Source: an uncultured Clostridia bacterium
Lineage (GTDB): Bacteria > Bacillota > Clostridia > TANB77 > CAG-508
Assembly (NCBI GenBank): GCA_944390395.1
Contig: CALXPY010000001.1
Coordinates: forward strand, 3,167-67,166
DNA length: 64,000 nt
Direction: 5' to 3'
Of this stretch, positions 49,224-59,588 are shown in pieces. The stretch's first letter is position 1. Each line of letters begins with the position of its first letter. Made by a program: the position numbers and the translations under genes. The notes beneath the pieces were generated by a model. It did no database searches and had not been told where the DNA came from. It saw only the letters and a program-made list of their open reading frames with translations.

Positions 49224-50438
49224 TTAATTTTTCTTTAATAGATTTTCTAAAGTAGAAATCACTTTGCTTTTACATTCATCTACATTCTTTTTAGCTTCAA
49301 TACAAATATTATCATAGTTACTTACTACATAAGAAATTTTTTCATTCATTTCTTGTTCCACTCTACTATTCCAAAAGTTATTTGTATTTGCATCTATTAC
49401 TAACTTTTCTTGTTTTAGTCCTTCTGCAATTACTCCTTTAAACTTTGGGCTATATGCTAAACAAATAGCTGGTTTCCCCATTTGAAAAGTTGAAACAGCA
49501 GCATGCATTCTACAAGTAACCGTAAGATATCCATTACCTAACAAGATTCTTGCTTCTACTGGTAATATCTTTTGTGAAATACAAACAATATTTTTAAATT
49601 CATCAGGGAACTTTTGTTGTAATTTTTCTAATAATGTATTATCTGACTTAGCTGGTTTATCAGTTGTTACATGAGATAACCATAAAATTCTTTTATTTGG
49701 AAATTTGTCTTTTAACTTACTAATTATTTTCATAAATCCATCAAAAAAGATATTTTCATCATTGCAATATAAATCATATAATCCTGTGCCAACAATTGTA
49801 AGATAATTATTTTTTTCTAATTTATACTTTGACAGAATTTTATCAGAATTATTTTGGTATTTTTCTTGCAAGTTCAAATCTAGAAAAGCAAGATCTCTTG
49901 ATTGTATAGCATTTATATCATATTCTTTTTTCATAGTTTCTAGATTGCAATCATCTCTAGTAATTACTTTTATATCTTTAAATACTTTTTTAGCCATTTT
50001 CTTTCTTATTCCAGTATATGGGCCAATAGTTTGTCCTAAAAGTATTACATTTTTATTTTTGTTTAAGTATTTTATTCCTAACAAATTCCAAATAATATAT
50101 AATTTTCCTTTTTGACCTTTTGCATATAACTCTGAGAAATCGTCTCCACCTAAAAATATTATATAATCATATTCATTTGAAATGTTGTGCATGTACTTTT
50201 TATAGTCTAATATTTTTTTTACTTTACTTATGTTGGTAGGTACTCTTGTTTTTTGAAATGATATGTCTTCATAACCTGTAGCCTCTTTTAATCTATCTAA
50301 GTCTTCTTGCTTAGTAGAATCTATTTCATAATAAATTTTTTCATTATATATTTTATTTAAATATGTTATTAAGTTTTCTGCCATCATCATACTACCATAA
50401 TTTAAGGTATTTTTTACATGCTGTAATAATATTTTCAT
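49224..50438 (-). CDS. polysaccharide pyruvyl transferase family protein (CsaB/WcaK-like)
   Basis: 404 aa; domain arrangement and pairing with the FrhB-like gene. Confidence 0.65.
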   Translation of the reverse strand: MKILLQHVKNTLNYGSMMMAENLITYLNKIYNEKIYYEIDSTKQEDLDRLKEATGYEDISFQKTRVPTNISKVKKILDYKKYMHNISNEYDYIIFLGGDDFSELYAKGQKGKLYIIWNLLGIKYLNKNKNVILLGQTIGPYTGIRKKMAKKVFKDIKVITRDDCNLETMKKEYDINAIQSRDLAFLDLNLQEKYQNNSDKILSKYKLEKNNYLTIVGTGLYDLYCNDENIFFDGFMKIISKLKDKFPNKRILWLSHVTTDKPAKSDNTLLEKLQQKFPDEFKNIVCISQKILPVEARILLGNGYLTVTCRMHAAVSTFQMGKPAICLAYSPKFKGVIAEGLKQEKLVIDANTNNFWNSRVEQEMNEKISYVVSNYDNICIEAKKNVDECKSKVISTLENLLKKN

Positions 50439-50444
50439 TTTACA

Positions 50445-51527
50445 TTATTTTCCTTTCTTATTTATTTTATTATAAGTTCTTTTTAAAGTCTTTTTTATAA
50501 GTTCTGGAATTGTTATTTTTATTGTTAATTGCATATTAATCAAGAAATACTTTTTTTGAATAATTAATTTAGCTAATTTATCATTCATTGCTACTTCGCG
50601 TAATTCCTCATTATTAAAATAACTTGCAATCAATTCTATTAACTCTTTTCTTTCTAATTTAGTATTTTTAGTTTTCATAGATTTATAGCTTATTGAAAAT
50701 ACTTTCAGTGCTTCTTGTATTATCCTTTTTTTAGCAACAATTTCATAACTTTTCTCTTGCATTTTCCAAATAGGCAATAATTCTAATAGTTTAGAATATA
50801 CATTAATTGTGTCCTTTATTTTTTTCTCTATATATTTATATGTCCTATTTGAAGTGAAACTATTAGAATTGACTATATAATGATAAAAAGTCTTAGGTAA
50901 AATTACTATTTTTTTTGCTTCTGTATATAAAATTAAATTAAACTGTAGATCTTCTGCCATTTTTACATTGAAGTCAATATTATTTTTATTCAAAATATTA
51001 ATTACTAAATCTTTTTTTATAAGCTGCATACACATTGAATTAAAACAATAAGTTTTTAAAAAAAGTGGATATAATCTTTCTTTCTTCTCTTTTTCGTTAA
51101 TAATTGTTTTTTCTTTAAAAGGAATATCTGGAACAACTTTTTTTCCTGTTTCAACTAAATCTCTTATATAAAAACATTTTGCTATATCCGAATTAGTTGA
51201 TGAAATTTCAGAATACAGATTTTCCAACATATCTTTTTCTATCCAATCATCTGAATCGATAAAAGTAATATAATTGCCTGTTGCAATTTTAGCTCCTTCT
51301 AGCCTTGTAAATAACACACCTTTGTTTTCTCTAGATTTATAAACGATTCTGTTATCTAATTTAGCATAATTTTCAATTATATCTATACTTTTATCTGTAC
51401 ATCCATCTAATATTGCAATTATTTCTAAATTTTTATAAGTTTGATTTACTATACTATCTAAACATTGAGTTAAATATTTTTCTGCTTGATATACAGGTAC
51501 AATTACAGATATTTTTTCCCTTTCCAT
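50445..51527 (-). CDS. family 2 glycosyltransferase
   Basis: ISVIVPVYQAEKYLTQCLDSIVNQTY ... DGCTD (DxD region) ... FIDSDD. Confidence 0.85.
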   Translation of the reverse strand: MEREKISVIVPVYQAEKYLTQCLDSIVNQTYKNLEIIAILDGCTDKSIDIIENYAKLDNRIVYKSRENKGVLFTRLEGAKIATGNYITFIDSDDWIEKDMLENLYSEISSTNSDIAKCFYIRDLVETGKKVVPDIPFKEKTIINEKEKKERLYPLFLKTYCFNSMCMQLIKKDLVINILNKNNIDFNVKMAEDLQFNLILYTEAKKIVILPKTFYHYIVNSNSFTSNRTYKYIEKKIKDTINVYSKLLELLPIWKMQEKSYEIVAKKRIIQEALKVFSISYKSMKTKNTKLERKELIELIASYFNNEELREVAMNDKLAKLIIQKKYFLINMQLTIKITIPELIKKTLKRTYNKINKKGK

Positions 51528-53026
51528 TTAAATCCTCCATTTTTTTGTAAATATTTGTATACTAATTTATAAAATATATAAGTTGACAATACATACCAAA
51601 CAAAATCACGGAATATTGGATTAATAGTATTACGTGTTGTCCATAAAATAGAAGCAGCTATAAATGCATAAAGTGGATATATAATAAAGTTATTCTTATA
51701 TTTTCTTTCAGCTAATTCAGAAATTTTAAAGAGTGAAAATCCTATAGCTATAAATAATATTGGTGCGAACCATCCAAAATTTGCATAAACATCTTCAACT
51801 ATTGAGCCTCCAAATTGAGCACCATAATGTTCACTTACTTCAGCTGCCACATTTTCTCTAGCAGCAATATGTACATCATTAGAATTTATATTTGGAACAA
51901 TACTTAAAATTCCATACAAATAAGTTGTTCCATACTTATATGGCATTTGTGCTGGATAAAAATCTAAAGCTGCTGCAGTTGGAAAAATAGCTGTTCCCAT
52001 TTCATTCATTACTGTCAATATTGGTTGTTCTTTTGACGTTTCTTCCCATATTGTACCTATATTAGCTACCCACTCCTCAATTGGATATTTTCTTACTTCT
52101 TTAAGCATGCTCAACATATTAAATAATGGTATTATTAAAATTGCTGCTATTATGATGTAAGAAGTTTTAAACTTTTGTATACATATATGATATGTAATTA
52201 CTATCATAAAACAATTTATAAGAGGTATCCCTCTTGCTCCAAAAAATATTTGTAGTCCATTATATAATAGATTTACTAAAAATATAATTCTCGCTTTCTT
52301 TAAATCATTTTTATATGAAACCATTAAAATCAGTAATCCTATAAAGAAAAATGGATCCAACTTTTCATTTATACTTCCTACTCCTATGTTTTTATCACTA
52401 TATACTGCTTCATATCCTCCTTGATATGCTAAGCTAGCATCTGTTATAAAATTGCTAATTGCTGGAATTACTGAAATTATAATCAAAAAAGCTGCAACTA
52501 TACGTATAATTTTAATTGTCTCTTTCTTTTTACTTTCATCATCTATTTCTTCTTCATTTTTTTCTTTTTTAAACAAATTAGCAATATTTGCGCCTAAATG
52601 CATTCCTAACATGCAATAAGTTGCTAAAATTATAGCTTTTGAAATATACGTAATATCCACTATTCTATATAAATATAAATTCTCATTTGGCAAATAATTA
52701 AAGAATGTTCTTGAAATCATTGCACCAAATATAAATACCGTATAGAAAATCAAGTATATTGTATATAAATTCGTTATTTTTATTTTACATAAAATGGTAC
52801 TCACAAAACACCATATCGCTAATACAGTAGCAATAACTGTCAAACTACTAATTTCTTCATCTGTTCCAGTAACTCGCCCTCCAAATCCGTGTATAAAGAG
52901 TAAAATAATTAGTATTAATACAGTTATGACTATATTTAATATTTGTACATGTTTTTGATTCTTCATAAAATCTATTCCTCTTTGAATATGTTTATAAGCC
53001 TTACCATGTATATCTTTTATAAACAC
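51503..53026 (-). CDS. Wzy-type polymerase / O-antigen ligase-like membrane protein
   Basis: ~12 TM helices with a large loop; start likely MKNQKHV (about 52966). Confidence 0.6.
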   Translation of the reverse strand: MFIKDIHGKAYKHIQRGIDFMKNQKHVQILNIVITVLILIILLFIHGFGGRVTGTDEEISSLTVIATVLAIWCFVSTILCKIKITNLYTIYLIFYTVFIFGAMISRTFFNYLPNENLYLYRIVDITYISKAIILATYCMLGMHLGANIANLFKKEKNEEEIDDESKKKETIKIIRIVAAFLIIISVIPAISNFITDASLAYQGGYEAVYSDKNIGVGSINEKLDPFFFIGLLILMVSYKNDLKKARIIFLVNLLYNGLQIFFGARGIPLINCFMIVITYHICIQKFKTSYIIIAAILIIPLFNMLSMLKEVRKYPIEEWVANIGTIWEETSKEQPILTVMNEMGTAIFPTAAALDFYPAQMPYKYGTTYLYGILSIVPNINSNDVHIAARENVAAEVSEHYGAQFGGSIVEDVYANFGWFAPILFIAIGFSLFKISELAERKYKNNFIIYPLYAFIAASILWTTRNTINPIFRDFVWYVLSTYIFYKLVYKYLQKNGGFKWKGKKYL

Positions 53027-53124
53027 ATTTTTCCTCCCATATATTTATTTCGAATATTTTTTCTTATTAAAATTTTCTATCATTAATGATTCATACATTG
53101 TTGTTTTTCATTGTGTCAAACATA

Positions 53125-54231
53125 TTATTTTAAGTAAATACTTTGTAATTTTTCTGCAATTTTTTTATTTGAATATCCTTTTTGTTCTAATTCTTTTAAT
53201 ACATCAATGGTTTCTTTTTCTTTGTATTTTTTTAGCATTTTATTAACTAAATCTTCTAAGTTATCATTTAAGTTAAAATAGCTAACTCTTTCTGGAATTA
53301 CATTTGTCTCCTTTGATATTGTGTCTGAAAGAAAACATATATTATCTCCTGCCAAAGCCTCAACAACAACTAATGGAAATCCTTCATAAAGTGATGGCAT
53401 TACAAAAACATTGAACATTTTCATAAATACTGGAATATCATCCCTTAAACCAGGTAATATAAAATAATCTTGTAAATTATTTTCTTTTATTAGTTTCTTT
53501 ATTTTATCAAAATCAGATCCATCCCCAACTAACACTATGACGAAATCATTACATAATTTCTGCATACTCTTGGCCAATTCTATAAAATATTCTTGGTTCT
53601 TTATATTAACAAATCGTCCAACATGCCCTATTATAAATTTATCTTTTGAAATATTTAATTCTTCTTTTAATCTATTTATTTGCTCATCTGTTATAGATTT
53701 ATATTTTTCTAGATCTATTCCATTATTTAAAATTGTGAAATTACTTTTACCAAATAGATATTTGCCTGCCATTTCTCCACAAGCTAACTTTATATTAGAG
53801 AAAATCTTAATTAATAATTTAGAAAAAATGTTGTATATATTTCTTAACACATTTTTCTTTCTTATATCACTAGTTGTGTGTGAATGTGTTATTCTCTTTT
53901 TTACACCTGCTAAATAAGCTACTAAACAAATAAAACCTGAATAATATGAAACATGACTATGTATTGCAACAAACTTTTCTTTTTTTACTATTTTATAAAT
54001 TTCTTTAAGATTTTTTATTCTTCCGTTTTCAGGAGGAGATACAATAAATATCTTTCCACCTAATTTTTTTATTTCGTCGTCATATTCGCCTTTTTTATTA
54101 GTCATACACACAAAGTCAAATTGTATCTTCGTTCTATCTATATTCCTATAAAGATTCATTATCATTGTTTCTGCCCCACCATGATTCATGCACTTTACAA
54201 TGTGTAATATTCTCTTTGGGTCTATTTCCAT
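53125..54231 (-). CDS. family 4 glycosyltransferase (GT-B)
   Basis: C-terminal EGFPLVVVEALA motif. Confidence 0.8.
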   Translation of the reverse strand: MEIDPKRILHIVKCMNHGGAETMIMNLYRNIDRTKIQFDFVCMTNKKGEYDDEIKKLGGKIFIVSPPENGRIKNLKEIYKIVKKEKFVAIHSHVSYYSGFICLVAYLAGVKKRITHSHTTSDIRKKNVLRNIYNIFSKLLIKIFSNIKLACGEMAGKYLFGKSNFTILNNGIDLEKYKSITDEQINRLKEELNISKDKFIIGHVGRFVNIKNQEYFIELAKSMQKLCNDFVIVLVGDGSDFDKIKKLIKENNLQDYFILPGLRDDIPVFMKMFNVFVMPSLYEGFPLVVVEALAGDNICFLSDTISKETNVIPERVSYFNLNDNLEDLVNKMLKKYKEKETIDVLKELEQKGYSNKKIAEKLQSIYLK

Positions 54232-54236
54232 ATATT

Positions 54237-55379
54237 CTATTCTCCTATTACTATATCATAAAATTCTTTGCGTTTTCTTTCTAAGTTTTTATTTTCAAAA
54301 TCTATACTTCTATTAAAATTTTGTTTTGCGCTTTCTCTTAAATTATCTGTATTATCTATTAGAATTAATAATTTTTTTTGTAGATCTTTTTCATTTCTTT
54401 TTTTAAATATATATTTTTTATCTATAAGTTCTGTGTTTCCCCCTACATCACTCACTAAACATGGACAAGCTCTGCTCATTGCTTCTATAATAGATCGACA
54501 TAGTCCTTCTGTGTAACTTGGCTGGATATATACATCTAAATTATCTAGCCATTTAAAAATCTCTTCATGTGGTTTTGGCCCAACAACTTTTATACTTTCT
54601 GTAATATTTAGTTTTTTAGCCTTTTTATTTAATCTTGAACCTTCTCCTCCACCTACCATTTGATATTCTATGTTATATCCTAACTTTTTTAATTCGTATA
54701 TTGCATCCAAAACTAGTTCTTGTCCTTTATATTTAACATCTACATTTCCTATTGTTCCCAAAATAATTTTATCTTTCTTAACCTCATCTATTTTTTCTAA
54801 TCGTTTCATTAAAATATTTTCATCATTATTAGGTAAAGATACATCAGAACAACCTATTTGTTTCCCTTTTGTTGGATATCTTTTCTGTAAAAACTTTTCA
54901 GTAACATATATTACATTTTCTGATTTTTTTATGTAATGTCTGTTTATCAAATACATCAGTGGCGCAATTAATTTTGCAAACATAGTTCCGTAATTCATTA
55001 AACTATCATATACGCATCCAACCATTTGTACAACATATTTCTTTTTCTGTTTTAAGAGATAATGCATTGCAATTATTCCTATATTTGATGGCATTTTTAC
55101 ATTAATTAGATCACTTTCTTTTATAATATTTTTTATAAGCTTTCTATTTTTAAAAGCTTCTTTATATGAATCAAACATTATAAACTCTATATTTTTATCT
55201 GAAGCAAGTGCTAATTTGTTTGTAAAATCTTTATTTTTATCCTGTCTACATATTATTGTCAACTTATCACTTTCAGATAATCTGTGCCTATTTAAGTATT
55301 CCTTTGTAACAGCACCTGTTGTATATACATTATTATCTTTTTTTACTAATTTAACATCCAAAAAGAAAGATATATTCAT
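54237..55379 (-). CDS. family 4 glycosyltransferase (GT-B)
   Basis: C-terminal PSYTEGLCRSIIEAMS motif. Confidence 0.75.
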   Translation of the reverse strand: MNISFFLDVKLVKKDNNVYTTGAVTKEYLNRHRLSESDKLTIICRQDKNKDFTNKLALASDKNIEFIMFDSYKEAFKNRKLIKNIIKESDLINVKMPSNIGIIAMHYLLKQKKKYVVQMVGCVYDSLMNYGTMFAKLIAPLMYLINRHYIKKSENVIYVTEKFLQKRYPTKGKQIGCSDVSLPNNDENILMKRLEKIDEVKKDKIILGTIGNVDVKYKGQELVLDAIYELKKLGYNIEYQMVGGGEGSRLNKKAKKLNITESIKVVGPKPHEEIFKWLDNLDVYIQPSYTEGLCRSIIEAMSRACPCLVSDVGGNTELIDKKYIFKKRNEKDLQKKLLILIDNTDNLRESAKQNFNRSIDFENKNLERKRKEFYDIVIGE

Positions 55380-55390
55380 TATTTGCTCTC

Positions 55391-56455
55391 CTAAAATTTT
55401 ATATTTTTCATTACCTCATCTGCCACGACTTCAACTTTATCTTTTTTTGAGACTCTTAGTTTATTAGTTATCTTGTCGTTAAATGCACTTTCATATATTT
55501 CATACATTCTAACAAAGAATTCATTAAAACTTATTATTCCAAATCCACACATTACTAATATAGCACTCATATTATCAGTTAGGATTTCATTCAAAGTTAC
55601 ACTAGTAGCTTTTTGGGCAATGTCTTTGCTTTCTATATTATTAAATACATTTTCTCCTTCTCCTCGTTCTAACCATATAATTTGTTTTAGATCACTTTTT
55701 GATTGAATAGCTTCTTTTCCAAAAATATCAACTGGCGAAACTTTAATTGATTGTGGGTTATGCTTTCTAGCGAATGCTAAAACAGCAGGAAACTTTCTTA
55801 AAAAGTTTTTAACAGCTGGAATTATATTACTATAAAATTCATTTAATGCAGAATTACATTTAGGAGCTTTCTTTTTAAAAACTTCTGGAAATAAATCTCT
55901 ATGATAAAAATATAGTACAAATTTTTTAGGAAGTCCGTATATCTCCCCCTTTTTATTTATTATATTAAAATCATCACCTAATATTTTATATCCTTTTTTT
56001 ACCAATTTTGCTACGCAAGCTGTTTTCCCTACTCCTCCCCATGAAGGTAGTAATAATGCGCCATTCTCATTTGATACTGCAGCCGCATGAATTAGTGAAT
56101 AACCAAATTTTAATAACATTATTTGTAACATTATCATAAGCCATTCATTTACTTCTTGTCTTGTCTCTATTATACATTTTTTATCATTTTCAAAATAAAT
56201 TTTTGCTTCTTTTTTACTGTCATATATATATTTTTCATTTCCCCAAATATTTTCTTCCATCTTTCTTGAATCGCTAAAATCAATTTGCTTTTTATAAATA
56301 ACTTTTATAAACCCTAAACAATTAATATAAGTTTTTTCATCTTGTGATGAAACATGTTCATCTATAATTAATGTGTCCTTCCATTTATACTCATCATCAA
56401 TTTCTATTCCTATTACACCTGCTACTGATCTTTTCATTTTTCTCTCCTTATTCAT
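55391..56455 (-). CDS. HPr kinase/phosphorylase C-terminal-domain-like P-loop protein, hypothetical
   Basis: LIHAAAVSNENGALLLPSWGGVGKTACVAKLVKKGYKILGDD closely parallels the HprK P-loop region (LHASAV..G.GVLL.GPSG.GKS..AL.L..RG..LV.DD). Confidence 0.5.
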   Translation of the reverse strand: MNKERKMKRSVAGVIGIEIDDEYKWKDTLIIDEHVSSQDEKTYINCLGFIKVIYKKQIDFSDSRKMEENIWGNEKYIYDSKKEAKIYFENDKKCIIETRQEVNEWLMIMLQIMLLKFGYSLIHAAAVSNENGALLLPSWGGVGKTACVAKLVKKGYKILGDDFNIINKKGEIYGLPKKFVLYFYHRDLFPEVFKKKAPKCNSALNEFYSNIIPAVKNFLRKFPAVLAFARKHNPQSIKVSPVDIFGKEAIQSKSDLKQIIWLERGEGENVFNNIESKDIAQKATSVTLNEILTDNMSAILVMCGFGIISFNEFFVRMYEIYESAFNDKITNKLRVSKKDKVEVVADEVMKNIKF

Positions 56456-57584
56456 AATTATAATAAATTTTTTTTACTTTTTCCAATACATTTTTTTCAG
56501 TGTATTGTCGTATAGAATTATAAACATATTTTTTATTGTTTGCAAGTCTTTGCATTATTTTATTTTTTAATTCTTCTATAGAATCTATTCCTACAATGCT
56601 TTCTTTTTGAACAAGATCCCTATTTCCCCTACAATCTGTAGCTATAATTGGAAGATTGCAGAACATTGCTTCCATGAGGTTAACTGGTAAACCTTCTTGT
56701 CTAGACGTTGATACGGCTAAATCAGATATTTTCATTAATTTTGGTATATCTGTTCTATATCCTAAAAATTGTATATTTTTATCAACATTCAAATTTTTAG
56801 CCAATTCTTGATATTTACCATTCATTGAATCTTTTCCTGGTAATAATACTTTTACTTTTTCTAATACATTAGGTTCTAGTAAGCTTATTGCCTTTATAAG
56901 CATTTGTTGATTTTTTCTTTTACTCAATTCAGCAACATAAATTAAAACAAAATCATCTTCATTTATACCCAAACTTTTTCTTAATTCATTTCTTTCTTCA
57001 CGGCTCATTTCAAAATTGAATTTATTTTCGTCTACTCCTATTCCTGGAACATATTCTACATTTTTTGCTTTAAATTTTTTCTTAGCCAAATTATAGTCTT
57101 CTTCATTAATAGTAATTAAGCAATCTGTATATTTTGAAAGCCATTTTTCAACAGGATAGTAAATTAACCAATTTTTAGCTGGAGCTCCTTTAAAGAAATG
57201 AAAACCATGTGCTGTGTATATAACCTTTGTCCCATTTTTTCTTTCTTTTCTAGCTGCAAGCCTTCCGCATACACCTCCTATAGGTGAATGGATATGTATT
57301 ATGTTGTACTTATTTTCTTTAATAAGTTGTTTGACTTGTTTATACGCCTGAATATTCTTTGTTGATAATACATTTCTATCAAAATCAATTTGATAATACT
57401 TTACATTTAAATCTTTTAACTTGTTTTTTAATTCTTCTGCCCTTTCTCTTGTTATTGTGCCAGAATCAATAAAATTTGTTGCAACATGTACTTCATATTT
57501 TAATTCTTGTAAAACTTTAATGTTTCCCATATTAAATTGTTCTATCATAGAGGCTACAGAAGCTAATATTAAAGCTTTTTTCAT
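56448..57584 (-). CDS. family 4 glycosyltransferase (GT-B)
   Basis: E-x7-E region EGLPVNLMEAMFCNLPIIATD. Confidence 0.8.
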   Translation of the reverse strand: MKKALILASVASMIEQFNMGNIKVLQELKYEVHVATNFIDSGTITRERAEELKNKLKDLNVKYYQIDFDRNVLSTKNIQAYKQVKQLIKENKYNIIHIHSPIGGVCGRLAARKERKNGTKVIYTAHGFHFFKGAPAKNWLIYYPVEKWLSKYTDCLITINEEDYNLAKKKFKAKNVEYVPGIGVDENKFNFEMSREERNELRKSLGINEDDFVLIYVAELSKRKNQQMLIKAISLLEPNVLEKVKVLLPGKDSMNGKYQELAKNLNVDKNIQFLGYRTDIPKLMKISDLAVSTSRQEGLPVNLMEAMFCNLPIIATDCRGNRDLVQKESIVGIDSIEELKNKIMQRLANNKKYVYNSIRQYTEKNVLEKVKKIYYNYE

Positions 57585-57624
57585 TTTTTATTTCCTTCCT
57601 AATTACATATATTAAGCTATTTTT

Positions 57625-58488
57625 TTATTTCATACACTCAATAATGCTTGTTTCAAAGTCAACTACACAGTAAGAAAAATCTCCAGATAATGACTTATCA
57701 TAAGCCTTGTTTCCAAAAATTTTATTTATATAATTTATCTTTTTAGATAACAATTTCAATATTGGATTAAATATCTTTACAAAATGCATCTTTTTATTCA
57801 TGGCTTTTGCCATAGCTTCAATAATGGACTTTGTGCTTACATATTCTTTATTTTGAGGATATATAACTCCACTATTTTCATTATCTATATTTTGTTTTAT
57901 GCATTCTACTAAATTATCTATGTAAATCATACTTCTATTATTTTCTATGTCTGGAAATATTGGCAATATTTTAGCTATCTTCTTTAATTTTGGAAAATTA
58001 CCTTTACAATTTGGTCCATATACCATTGGAGCCCTTATTATTATAGTTTTAAATTTTTCATCCGATAATTTTTGTATTGCCTCATCTGCTTCCAATTTAC
58101 TTCTTCCATAAAAATCTATTGGGACTTTACTAGTATCTTCTTTTATTATTTTAAATTGTCCTATCTTACCATCTGCCCCATATATAATCATACTGCTCAT
58201 AAATATAAATTGTTTTACGCCTTCTGCTTTAGCTTTTTTTGCTACTTCTATTGGTAAGTCTCTATTTACTTTATAATATAAATCTTCTAGCTTTTTATTT
58301 GCAGATACATGTGCTATTCCAGCTAAACAAAATATAACATCATATTTTGAGAAATCTGCTTTTCTCCATTCATCGTCTTTTGAAGATATTGAACTTATAT
58401 TATAATTTCCTTCTTTGCTTTTATTAAGCCATTTTTCGAAATTCGTTCCAATATAGCTATCTTTACCAAAAACAAGGATATTTTTCAT
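57625..58488 (-). CDS. NAD(P)-dependent epimerase/dehydratase family protein (putative UDP-4-keto-6-deoxy-HexNAc reductase)
   Basis: Rossmann VFGKDSYIGTNF, catalytic YGRSK; sits after a CapD-like 4,6-dehydratase gene. Confidence 0.7.
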   Translation of the reverse strand: MKNILVFGKDSYIGTNFEKWLNKSKEGNYNISSISSKDDEWRKADFSKYDVIFCLAGIAHVSANKKLEDLYYKVNRDLPIEVAKKAKAEGVKQFIFMSSMIIYGADGKIGQFKIIKEDTSKVPIDFYGRSKLEADEAIQKLSDEKFKTIIIRAPMVYGPNCKGNFPKLKKIAKILPIFPDIENNRSMIYIDNLVECIKQNIDNENSGVIYPQNKEYVSTKSIIEAMAKAMNKKMHFVKIFNPILKLLSKKINYINKIFGNKAYDKSLSGDFSYCVVDFETSIIECMK

Positions 58489-59588
58489 TCTTTTTTTTCT
58501 CCTTCTACAACACCGTCATGTTTAATAACTTTAGCAACTGTTTTAAACAGTACCTTTATATCAAAGAAAAATGACATTTTTTCTACATATTCACCATCAA
58601 ATTTAGCTTTAACTGGTATTTCTAATTCGTCTCTTCCATTTACTTGTGCCCATCCAGTTAATCCAGGTTTAATATCATTTGCTCCATATTTATCTCTTTC
58701 TGCAATTAAGTCATCCTGATTCCATAATGCTGGTCTTGGGCCAACAATACTCATTTCACCTTTTAGTATATTTATAATTTGTGGTAATTCATCTAAGCTT
58801 GTCTTTCTTAAGACTTTTCCAACTCTTGTAATATACATGTCAGGATCTTTTAACAAATGTGTTGGTGTATCTTTTGGAGTATCTATTTTCATTGTTCTAT
58901 ATTTTAAAATGTTAAAATATTCTTTATTCTTTTTTACTCTTTTTTGTTTAAAAAATACAGGACCTCTTGAATCTATTTTAATTAATAATGCAATTATGAG
59001 CATAATTGGAGATAAAATGATTAATGCTATTAATGCTAACAATTTATCCAATATACTTTTTATTATAATATACTTTTTGCGTTTTACCATTATTTCATCC
59101 CTTTTCATCTTTGTTTTTGTGAGAAAAATAACTATATTTACAAATATTATTCCTGTTAATAATCCTAAGCTATCTATTAATACATCTTTTATTTCGTTAC
59201 TTCTACCAGGTATAAAGTATTGATGTATTTCATCTGAAATAGCATATAATATTCCAATTAATAGACTGTAGAATATTATTTTTTTACTATTTTTTTCATA
59301 TTGGAATACTAGCCCATATATAATAACTCCTCCAATTAAATAAATAGTAAAATGAGCTAATTTTCTTACAATATGTTGCATGCTATCTATTAATTCTATT
59401 TTTTCTTGTTCACTCATACCTTCTGTAATATTAGTTATTTTTAGAATAAATTCTATAGCTCCTCCACTTGTTTTTGATGATACTTCAGAAGGTTGATGGG
59501 AAAAATAAAATATTAATCCCATCCACAATAATAACAAAATTGTAAATAATATTTTTTTGCCCAATATTAGTTTTTTTGTTTTATCCAT
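58485..59588 (-). CDS. VanZ-like domain fused to bacterial sugar transferase (initiating polyprenyl-phosphate hexose/HexNAc-1-phosphate transferase)
   Basis: N-terminal 4-TM VanZ-like part (RKLAHFTIYLIGG...ISDEIHQYFIPGR) and C-terminal PGT catalytic domain (DELPQIINILKGEMSIVGPRP). Confidence 0.8.
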   Translation of the reverse strand: MDKTKKLILGKKILFTILLLLWMGLIFYFSHQPSEVSSKTSGGAIEFILKITNITEGMSEQEKIELIDSMQHIVRKLAHFTIYLIGGVIIYGLVFQYEKNSKKIIFYSLLIGILYAISDEIHQYFIPGRSNEIKDVLIDSLGLLTGIIFVNIVIFLTKTKMKRDEIMVKRKKYIIIKSILDKLLALIALIILSPIMLIIALLIKIDSRGPVFFKQKRVKKNKEYFNILKYRTMKIDTPKDTPTHLLKDPDMYITRVGKVLRKTSLDELPQIINILKGEMSIVGPRPALWNQDDLIAERDKYGANDIKPGLTGWAQVNGRDELEIPVKAKFDGEYVEKMSFFFDIKVLFKTVAKVIKHDGVVEGEKKE

